Of a stretch of 64,000 nt of DNA, positions 1 to 9,840 are shown in pieces. Location: assembly GCA_964036045.1 (NCBI GenBank), contig OZ038379.1:17732001-17796000 (forward strand). Direction: 5' to 3'. The position numbers and the translations under genes were made by a program. The notes below the pieces were generated by a model. The model was not told the DNA's origin. It did not search any database and saw only the letters and a list, made by a program, of their open reading frames with translations. How positions within the stretch are numbered: position 1 is the first letter of the stretch; each line of letters begins with the position of its first letter. This stretch comes from Eutreptiella sp. 'Long Island Sound 2002'. Its lineage: Eukaryota; Protista; Euglenida.

Positions 1-1642
1 TGGCGGCAGCAGAGGGGATGCTTACGGTTTTGAGTTCACCCTTTGCAAGCGGCCCTGCCACTTCCATTTCAATGTTTTCCAGCAGCAATGCATGTCTGCG
101 GGCACGAAGCCCACGAACCCCCGTAGACGTGAGAACCTCGCTAATGCCCCCCACCTCCTCCCATACCCCAACCCCCCAAGTCTGTGGTTTGCCCCTACCT
201 GTTTAAGTCTCGTATCAATATTTCAACACATCAAGTGTTTATGCCAATGTTTGAGCCCCCCCGTCTTGGGCGGAGCAGGTGGAGGATTTCATGACACAAG
301 CCATTGAGCCGAGAGCCGGAAGATTTCGATTTTGTCACGTAGCTTCTGGGTGGCGACTTCTCTGCGCCCCCCGATGGGCTCTGTGTTGTATTCTGATTTG
401 TCCGCACGAGTGTTGAGAATGTACGGTGGTGAAGGTTGGTGGCTACAGGGCGCAGAAGGCGTCACAGAGTGGGCGTCGCGCTCACGCATTGGGGTCTCGC
501 TATCAAGTGGTGCATAGCGGTGCAGGGGAGCCGGCTCGGCCGGCGGTCGGTCACTGTGGCCCAGGGCTGTCACAATATTTTCGTGTTCCACCGTCAGATG
601 CCCTTGGGCAGCCGCACTGAAGGGCACTGCGGTTGAGTTCGATGCTCGCTATCACGGTCTGCAGAACGGGGCCGTTGAACGCCCTGTACCACGGAGGTAC
701 GGGGGGGCACCAGAGGGAACGCAGGGGACACCACCGCAGGGGCAGATTGATGCGACGGCACGGATGGCAGAGCGTTGAGCCTGGGTAGGTCCGCCCGTTG
801 TACATGGCGCAGGGGTCCGGTACTGAGGCGCCCGCAGTGGGAGTTCCATATCAGTATCTTGTACGTGCCCCACTCCCCCTTTCCTCCGCAGCCGCATGTG
901 TGCCGCACCGCCTCCCTCGTTTGGGGTATGTAGGAGAACTTGTCCCAATTGGTGAGCGAACATGGAATTTGGTTCAACAAAGACGTCTGAAACTGCTTGA
1001 CAGCACATGAACAGTGTTGGTGGGTGGAGCCTGGCTGGAGGGTCGGGGGGATGACTGCAAAACCTCGAATTCGGCCAGTCTACACCCTCTCAGAGCCCCA
1101 ACCCTCAATCTCCTTTGCGAAAAAGAGCTCCGTGACCCTCTTCCTCTTGTGACAGCAGTCTCCTCAGCGCTGGGGGGGGGGGGGGGGGGGGGCTGACCCC
1201 ATGAGCGGAATCACGTCCGCGGTGTACACACTGTCAAGCGCCATCTTCTAAATGCCTGCCAACCGCTGTCGTTGGATAGCTGCCAACACATCCGCCAACA
1301 ATGATCACAGTGCTGAGAGTTCAGGGCTGCAGCAAAAGCTGGGCAAACCCTGGCAAACAGCAGTCACATGCGGTGCACAGGCACGCCCTGCGCAGCCTTC
1401 ACTGCCTGGCTCTCTCATCCCCCCAGCCACTCCGAACACGGCGAGTTAGACAGTGTAGCTTTCGCGTACTGCACTGGGGCCAGCAAACCAATAGGCTTGT
1501 CCAACGACCACCCAGTCAGACGATGCTTTTGACCCTGAATGACTACAGTTTGGCGAAGGGATGCATGGTCACATCTCCTGATTTCGACACCAGCGTTGAC
1601 CCAGCGACGACGTTGTGAGACATTTCACAGACAAGCACAATC

Positions 1643-1644
<2 letters not shown>

Positions 1645-1698
<54 letters not shown>
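1645..1698. repeat. (CT)n microsatellite
   Basis: Uninterrupted CT dinucleotide run, followed by a short CTGT run. Confidence 0.95.
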
Positions 1699-1702
<4 letters not shown>

Positions 1703-2978
1703 GTCTGTCTGTCTGTCTCATCCACATTTCCACGTGTGTGGGCCACTGCACAATTTTTGTAAATGCAATGGCTGGGGGGTTTCAGGCCCCACACAGGCAT
1801 ACAGGCCACCTGGGGGGGTGTAACAGGCACCCCAGCAAGGGTCTTCAAGCGGGGAAAGGGTTATTCTGTTGGTGGGAAGCGGCTTGGCGGTGACATCCCA
1901 TCCTGTAAATGACAGTGTATCTTGCCTATCAAACACTGTCTGCGGATACACATACCTTTTCCCGCGAGTGTAAAGGGCTGTTGTTGGATGGCTATAAAAG
2001 GGCCCCTGCTGGTTCAACTTTGACACCTGGTCATGCTGAATCTACCCAAATCGTTGCCTGTGACTGGGTGCCTGGTCAGCAATTGTCCTTGGAAAGTTGA
2101 CTAGCCTGAGGTCCACTCCACACGGAGCTTTTGGGGACTATACGAACGGCCATGGTACCCTTGAAAGGAATCTCCCTCCACTTGCCCTCCAATCAGCGCC
2201 ATTGGGCCTGCGGGCCTCACAGTGCATGCGTGGCGCCGAAGGCCACTCATATGCAAAGTGAACATCCTTCGTTGACCAAGCAAGTGCCCACAATTGGCTG
2301 ATACAGGCGGGAGTCCCATAGTTTGCCGACATGAAGGCCAGTGCTGCGTGTATGAGATGCAACCAGTCATACATGTTCCTGTGCCGATGATACGCTTAAA
2401 GGGACCCACCATCTTGGAGCATTCAGCCCCGGGAACCCCGGCCCGCAGCAGCGTTGGGTCTCCAGCATTGCGTGCTTGCACAACTGACGAATGCGCCTCA
2501 AGCCTCCTAGAAGGAGACACTTCCAGAATATTTGCCCGGTGGTGTTCATGGGCCGCTGGGGATGCAACCCTTGCGCGAGTAATGGCAGAAAGTGCCTGGG
2601 TGTGTGTGTGTGTGGGGTGTGCTTCGCCTGGTGCTGCCAATGTGCCAGCTTGTGCAAGACACTACCCTGCTAAGCCATGTTTTAAGCTTCCATTCGAAGT
2701 TGGGTTGAGGTGTGTGTGCGTGCGCGCGCGCTCACTGTCGTATCCGACAGCCTGTCTGTGCAGAAAGGTGCCTGGTCTGAACCACCTGCCTGTGCCGTCT
2801 CTGTGCAACAGGGCCGTCCTTAAGGGACGAGATTTTTTTTTTTTGTTAAGGACAGCCCTTAAGGACAGCCCCTAGAGGCCTTTTTGCCCCGGCCGAACGT
2901 GGGCCATGTCTACCCCCCCTTTTTGGGGATCGCCGAGAAAGCAGGAGTTACGCAGCAATTCCGGCCCTCTTTTGGGCA

Positions 2979-5650
2979 CCACTTCTGATTTTGCCCCCCG
3001 CTCTGAAGCGGTGGGGATCCCCGAGACGGCAGGGGTGAGGTAGCCATTTCGCCCACAAGTGGGCCACTTCTGATTTTGCCCCCCGCTCTGAAGCGGTGGG
3101 GATCCCTGAGACGGCAGGGGTGAGGTAGCCATTTCGCCCACAAGTGGGCCACTTCTGTTCCCCCCCCCCGCTCTGAAGCAGCGGGGATCCCTGAGACGGC
3201 AGGGGTGAGGTAGCCATTTTGCCCACAAGTGGGCCACTTCTGATTTTGCCCCCCGCTCTGAAGCGGTGGGGATCCCCGGGACGGCAGGGGTGAGGTAGCC
3301 ATTTCGCCCACTTGTGGGCCACTTCTGATTTTGCCCCCCGCTCTGAAGCGGTGGGGATCCCCGAGACGGCAGGGGTGAGGTAGCCATTTTGCCCACAAGT
3401 GGGCCACTTTTGATTCTGCCCCCCGCTCTGAAGCGGTGGGGATCCCCGAGACGGCAGGGGTGAGGTAGCCATTTCGCCCACTTGTGGGCCACTTCTGATT
3501 TTGCCCCCCGCTCTGAAGCGGTGGGGATCCCCGAGACGGCAGGGGTGAGGTAGCCATTTTGCCCACAAGTGGGCCACTTCTGATTTTGCCCCCCGCTCGG
3601 AAGCGGTGGGGATCCCCGAGACGGCAGGGGTGAGGTAGCCATTTTGCCCACAAGTGGGCCACTTCTGATTTTGCCCCCCGCTCTGAAGCGGTGGGGATCC
3701 CCGGGACGGCAGGGGTGAGGTAGCCATTTCGCCCACAAGTGGGCCACTTCTGATTTTGCCCCCCGCTCTGAAGCGGTGGGGATCCCCGAGACGGCAGGGG
3801 TGAGGTAGCCATTTTGCCCACAAGTGGGCCACTTCTGATTTTGCCCCCCGCTCTGAAGCGGTGGGGATCCCCGAGACGGCAGGGGTGAGGTAGCCATTTT
3901 GCCCACTTGTGGGCCACTTCTGATTTTGCCCCCCGCTCTGAAGCGGTGGGGATCCCTGAGACGGCAGGGGTGAGGTAGCCATTTTGCCCACAAGTGGGCC
4001 ACTTCTGATTTTGCCCCCCGCTCGGAAGCATTGGGGATCCCCGAGACGGCAGGGGTGAGGTAGCCATTTTGCCCACAAGTGGGCCACTTCTGATTTTGCC
4101 CCCCGCTCTGAAGCGGTGGGGATCCCCGAGACGGCAGGGGTGAGGTAGCCATTTTGCCCACAAGTGGGCCACTTCTGATTTCCCCCCCCGCTCTGAAGCG
4201 GTGGGGATCCCCGGGACGGCAGGGGTGAGGTAGCCATTTTGCCCACAAGTGGGCCACTTCTGATTTTGCCCCCCGCTCTGAAGCGGTGGGGATCCCCGGG
4301 ACGGCAGGGGTGAGGTAGCCATTTCGCCCACAAGTGGGCCACTTCTGATTTTGCCCCCCGCTCTGAAGCGGTGGGGATCCCCGAGACGGCAGGGGTGAGG
4401 TAGCCATTTTGCCCACAAGTGGGCCACTTCTGATTTTGCCCCCCGCTCTGAAGCGGTGGGGATCCCCGAGACGGCAGGGGTGAGGTAGCCATTTTGCCCA
4501 CAAGTGGGCCACTTCTGATTTTGCCCCCCGCTCTGAAGCGGTGGGGATCCCTGAGACGGCAGGGGTGAGGTAGCCATTTTGCCCACAAGTGGGCCACTTC
4601 TGATTTTGCCCTCCGCTCGGAAGCGGTGGGGATCCCCGAGACGGCAGGGGTGAGGTAGCCATTTTGCCCACAAGTGGGCCACTTCTGATTTTGCCCCCCG
4701 CTCTGAAGCGGTGGGGATCCCCGAGACGGCAGGGGTGAGGTAGCCATTTCGCCCACTTGTGGGCCACTTCTGATTTTGCCCCCCGCTCTGAAGCGGTGGG
4801 GATCCCTGAGACGGCAGGGGTGAGGTAGCCATTTTGCCCACAAGTGGGCCACTTCTGATTTCCCCCCCCGCTCTGAAGCGGTGGGGATCCCCGGGACGGC
4901 AGGGGTGAGGTAGCCATTTTGCCCACAAGTGGGCCACTTCTGATTTTGCCCCCCGCTCTGAAGCGGTGGGGATCCCCGGGACGGCAGGGGTGAGGTAGCC
5001 ATTTCGCCCACTTGTGGGCCACTCCTGATTTTGCCCCCCGCTCTGAAGCGGTGGGGATCCCCGAGACGGCAGGGGTGAGGTAGCCATTTTGCCCACAAGT
5101 GGGCCACTTCTGATTCTGCCCCCCGCTCTGAAGCGGTGGGGATCCCCGAGACGGCAGGGGTGAGGTAGCCATTTCGCCCACTTGTGGGCCACTTCTGATT
5201 TTGCCCCCCGCTCTGAAGCGGTGGGGATCCCCGGGACGGCAGGGGTGAGGTAGCCATTTTGCCCACAAGTGGGCCACTTCTGATTTTGCCCCCCGCTCTG
5301 AAGCGGTGGGGATCCCTGAGACGGCAGGGGTGAGGTAGCCATTTTGCCCACAAGTGGGCCACTTCTGATTCTGCCCCCCGCTCTGAAGCAGTGGGGATCC
5401 CCGAGACGGCAGGGGTGAGGTAGCCATTTCGCCCACAAGTGGGCCACTTCTGATTTTGCCCCCCGCTCTGAAGCGGTGGGGATCCCCGAGACGGCAGGGG
5501 TGAGGTAGCCATTTTGCCCACAAGTGGGCCACTTCTGATTTTGCCCCCCGCTCGGAAGCGGTGGGGATCCCCGAGACGGCAGGGGTGAGGTAGCCATTTT
5601 GCCCACAAGTGGGCCACTTCTGATTTTGCCCCCCGCTCTGAAGCGGTGGG
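2979..5650. repeat. 85-bp tandem satellite, about 31 units
   Basis: Unit gtggggatccccgagacggcaggggtgaggtagccattttgcccacaagtgggccacttctgattttgccccccgctctgaagcg recurs every 85 bp (e.g. 3011, 3096) with few variants and no unique spacers. Confidence 0.98.
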
Positions 5651-6754
5651 GTGCTAGAGAATCTGCGTGCTGTTCTGGAACACCTGCCCGAGTACATTAG
5701 TCATGAGGCTGACCTGGGGCGGAGGGCGAAGGCCCAGGGCTTGTTTGATGCACTTTCGCACCCCCTCTTCAAGTTGACGGCGGCCCTTTTTTGCGATGTT
5801 TTTGCTGTGGTTTGTGCCACAAGCAAGAAAGTTCAAGCGACCAAGGGGGCACGGGTCGCCGCCGTCCAGGGTTTGATGAACGTGATGTGCACACAGCTGT
5901 TGCACACCATGCGTCATGTCATTCGCAGGGGGTGGGAGGAATCGTTGGGTGTTGACGTAGGGAGTAGCGTCATCAAGGGTAGCCGGATGAAGTTTCTTCG
6001 CAGTTTGATTGAGGACGTGCAGACACGATTCAAGCGAACTGAGTGGGATGGTAGTGCTAACTTGGAGGATTGGGTTGAGGCAAGCTCGTGTTCGTGTGAG
6101 AGAGTTTTTAGCTACGTGACGGCTACGGACTTTGGCCAAACCACGGAGCGCATGTGTGAGACGCTGTGGGTAAGGTGCAATGGGGAGGCACCAGAGGATT
6201 GGGGGCCCTTTGAGGTTTTTGAGGACCTTCGCAAGACCCCTTTCCGCCCGCGCAAACGGAAGCAAGGGCATGCGGTTGAGGTGGAAGATGGTGGTTTGCT
6301 TGGGTTTGCGGCTTTCAAGGATTTGGCAGTTTCTTTGGAAGAGGATGGTCAGGCAGAGGTTCCGTTGGACATTTGAGATTTGTGGGTTGTCCCCAGGAGG
6401 GCGACACGTGACGCCGACATTGGCGATGTGTATGGGGTTGAGTTGGAGGGTGAGGACGAAGACAGCGAGGACGAGGATTTGGAGCAAGCGGGTGCAGTTG
6501 CCAGTAGCTCCTCTTCTGACCTTCGTAACCCCTCAGCTGTCCCCTCCACCTCTTCTAACCCTGCCGCGCAGTTGGTGTTTCGGTATGATGTGGATGAGGC
6601 GGTGTTGAAGGCAATGGAGAGGGGGAGGTTGCATGAGTGGACTAAGGTTGAGTTTAAGGCCATTTGTAGGAAGCATGGTTTGAGTGTGAGCGGGGGGAAG
6701 GGTGAGCTTATGGAGCGTGTCAGGGTGCACTTCCAGAGGTTGTACCAGCAGTAG
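5651..6754 (+). pseudogene. 5'-truncated hAT transposase (C-terminal dimerisation domain) with acidic linker and C-terminal SAP domain
   Basis: SSCSCERVFS...WVRCNG (from 6083) matches the hAT dimerisation motif. ORFs 5651-6376 and 6380-6754 are in the same frame, separated by one TGA. LHEWTKVEFKAICRKHGLSVSGGKGELMERV (from 6629) fits the SAP pattern. The N-terminal/DDE part is replaced by the satellite. Confidence 0.8.
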
Positions 6755-7075
6755 GGAGTTCCGACAACGACTGTGCCACCGGCGATGGAACATTCGGGTG
6801 GTCGAACGCTGCATCACTGTATTTGATCAGAAAAAGTATTGCTCTTGTTCATGTTGAATTGTGCAGGGTGTGAGGTAGGGTTCTGATTCTGTCATGCAAC
6901 ACATGTGGGGCTAGGATCATATGGTTGTGTGCTGAGACCAATTTGGGGCTAGGGACTCATGGTTGAACCATTGGGAACACCGGAGTGAAGACATGCATTG
7001 TCCGTGGGCTCTTTTGAAATTACCTGGTTCTGGAACAACTTTTTTTTTTGCGTTAAGGACAGCCCTGCTGTGCAA

Positions 7076-7082
<7 letters not shown>

Positions 7083-7125
<43 letters not shown>

Positions 7126-7133
7126 TGTGTGTG
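7083..7133. repeat. (GT)n microsatellite
   Basis: GT run with one interruption. Confidence 0.9.
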
Positions 7134-7139
7134 CACCCA

Positions 7140-8122
7140 CAGGGCCCCTAATTACCCACTTCCAGAAATGAGTGGGTAATGCCGCCGAAATAGCCCCGAG
7201 TAGGAAGAATGGGGGGAAATGGGTCTTGATGTGAGAGTTTTCCGATGTTTTGTGGAAAAATGGGGACAACGTTGCGTGAAAAGCCCAAAAAACCACTTTT
7301 CGTTGGCCCTCGGGGGGGTTGGGGGGGTGTATTGAGCAACATGCCTGAGGAAAAATGGGGGAAAATGGGGAAAATGGGGGAAAATGGGTCCTAGGGGGCG
7401 CCTTAAGCGCAGTGCGCATGCAGTGCGCGCGCAGTGCAATTGTTTGGGCGTTTGGCCACAGTAGAAACCCATACTTTGTGGTACTTTGGACATCATTGTT
7501 CTTTGATAGTAGCTTTTGATGCATTGGGGATCTGGCATTTTTGGATGTTTACCCATTTCTACTTTTGTGCGCAAAATGTTTTCCCATTTCCACCACATCT
7601 ACTCTTTTTCTCGGTCCTTCAAGGTCCCCTCCAGTCCAGTTTGGGTCGCCTGATTCTAAGGGTGTTTCCAAAGGGCGTGCCTAGGGGCTCTTCGAGGGGA
7701 ACATAGTCTAAAAGTAGCGCGCAGTGCGCGCGCAGTGCAAGGATTCCCCCCCACTATGAGAGTTTTCCGATGTTTTGTTGAAAAATGGGGACAACATTGC
7801 GTCCAAAGCTCCACACACCACTTTTTGTTGGCCTGGGGGGGGGCAAGGTGGCGAGCAACATCCTCAGGAAAAATGGGGGAACATAGAGGAAAATGGGGAA
7901 TAACGTGTTTGGAAAAAATTTGCCACTTTGGTGGACAACTGAGTATTTTTGAAATCTTCCTCCACCAATTTCTCTATATTTTCCCCTGGTTTCTTCCCCA
8001 TTTCCCCCCATTCTCCCCCATTTCCCCCCATTTCCCCCCCATTTCCCCCCATTTTTCCTTTGGCAGCGGGAAGTTGAGCGGGTAACTGGGGTGCCACTCT
8101 GGGCGGGTAATCAGGGGCCCTG
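7140..8122. mobile_element. Non-autonomous TIR element (MITE-like, 983 bp) rich in GGGGAAAAT repeats
   Basis: 18-bp TIRs cagggcccctaattaccc (7140-7157) and gggtaatcaggggccctg (8105-8122) differ by 1 mismatch. 6-bp direct repeat caccca at 7134-7139 and 8123-8128. Internal diverged duplication (about 7215-7400 vs 7755-7920). No credible ORF. Confidence 0.75.
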
Positions 8123-8219
8123 CACCCAGGTGGATATGCCTGTATGTCAGTTATGATCTTAGGAATGTAAATGTGGTTGCGAGGGAGGTGAGCCATATGA
8201 CTAAGGACTGACTCTTTTT

Positions 8220-8220
<1 letters not shown>

Positions 8221-8265
<45 letters not shown>

Positions 8266-8313
8266 AATGTGTGTGTGTGTGTGTGTGTGTGTATCTGAAT
8301 GTGTGTATGTGAA

Positions 8314-8350
<37 letters not shown>
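8221..8350. repeat. Interrupted (GT)n microsatellite
   Basis: Long GT run with atgt/gaat interruptions. Confidence 0.9.
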
Positions 8351-9448
8351 ATTTGTGTCTGAAAGAGAGGGCCACAGCAGGTCTCCATATTGAGCTGTAT
8401 GGGCATTGCAGTGAGAAAACCATGCCCGACATCAGTGGCCTGCGCTACGACCATGTTGTACAAAGGCATCGTAACTGCAGTGAAGATGCAAGTTTTCTGG
8501 TGTCATGCGCATTCTTTCGTTCTGTTGTTGGGGATGTGTCATGAGTGACTGGTGACAACATGTCTGCGGCAACACCAACAACTCCTGTAAACATCTCCTC
8601 ATTGTGTACAAAGGCGCCTTGGCAAGGTGATGCAGAGCTCACTATTGTGCCTCATATCACAGACATTATGGACTCTCTTGGAACCCTCATTTTGACAGGA
8701 CGATGCTTCTATGGCACGTGCCTCGCGACAATTTGACCATTTGTTCTGGAGACCTCCAAGGCTTTTGTTGTTTTCGCTTTAGGGTGCTTAGCCTGTCTCT
8801 ACGTGGGGCACCAGACTGAACGCGATGTGCCTATCTTGTATGAGGCCAATGATTGTACATATTTCTGCCATGCAGTTGCGGTGTTCCTGTCTCTTAGCGT
8901 CACCAAAACTGTAGCACTGCAATTTGTTTGGCACAGACATATGAAATGATCAGATCTTTGAGTTTGGTTATTGAGTGCCAGCGCTTCATTTTCGATGTAT
9001 TGAGCCTCCGCTTTGCATGCTTTTTGAAATGGATGGTGCGGACAAGTCCCCATGTCTGTGGACAGCCCCCCCCCCCCTGTAGGGTCCACTGACACGTTGT
9101 GGAACTGAGCCATGGGCTTTAGCTTTGCTAAATGTGTTTCCCAAGGCAAGCGGGACAGTGACAATTCCGAAAACGAGGCCGTTAGTGCTGCAAGTGGCTG
9201 GCAGCATGCATTGCCTTACGATTACAAAATATTATGATGACACTCACACCAATGCATCAAAAGGGCTTTTATAAAAGGTAGGTGCATTTTTCAGTCCTTT
9301 GTGGCATCTTTTTGGGCCATGGTCTTTGATGAACGACGGCCTTTGTTGCCCTATCGATTTTGGGAAGGCATAGGTTTCGGTGTCCCATCATCATGCCACA
9401 GCTTCTTTCAGTGTATGGGTAACAATGATCTAAATTGTGATGCTGCTA

Positions 9449-9661
9449 CCCCTCCCCCCCCTAAGGGGGGAAACCGTCACCTTGGCCCAAAAAGCATACG
9501 AAATACTAGACGCCAAAGGCGCCAAAGAAAATTTTGACAAGGTGCCGAAGCTGATTTACACTGTGATACTATGGTGCAGATTTGTGGTGTGCCCCCACCC
9601 CCCCAAGGGGGGGGTACCGGCCCGACAAAAGGGGGGAGATTTCGGGGGGGGGGGGGGGGGG
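9449..9661. repeat. Short dispersed repeat / possible MITE bounded by a C-run and a G-run
   Basis: Starts with a C-rich run and ends with a G-run. Internal gccaaaggcgcc...aattttg (from 9512) recurs at 22932. No TSD seen. Confidence 0.35.
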
Positions 9662-9773
9662 CAAGGCTCCAATGGTGATGAAAGTTTGTGATAAAGTTAC
9701 AATGCAGAAGCAAATGATACCAACATCTGGCATTTGTCAAGGATGCCCTGTGTCCCCATCTTGTTTGCACTCC

Positions 9774-9776
<3 letters not shown>

Positions 9777-9837
<61 letters not shown>
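9777..9837. repeat. (TC)n microsatellite
   Basis: Uninterrupted TC run. Confidence 0.95.

Positions 9838-9840
<3 letters not shown>

Larger units (their letters stand above)
2809..7067 (+). mobile_element. hAT-superfamily DNA transposon, internally deleted, carrying a satellite array
   Basis: TIRs cagggccgtccttaa (2809-2823) and ttaaggacagccctg (7053-7067) differ by 1 mismatch. Perfect 8-bp TSD ctgtgcaa at 2801-2808 and 7068-7075. Two extra TIR-like copies of ttaaggacagccc lie at 2846-2871. Contains a hAT transposase C-terminus. Confidence 0.92.

Noticed and set aside
1-2800. Short ORFs at the window start as genes or retroelement fragments
   Set aside because: Some stretches look like decayed coding sequence, but I could not recognise any diagnostic motif.
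2979-5650. CRISPR array interpretation of the palindromic repeats
   Set aside because: Units are head-to-tail with no unique spacers, there are no cas genes, and the context is eukaryotic.
2872-5697. Three ~900-aa minus-strand ORFs as real proteins
   Set aside because: The 85-bp unit has no stop triplet on the minus strand and 85 is not divisible by 3, so all three frames are open and give the same cyclic 85-aa text. This is a by-product of the satellite.
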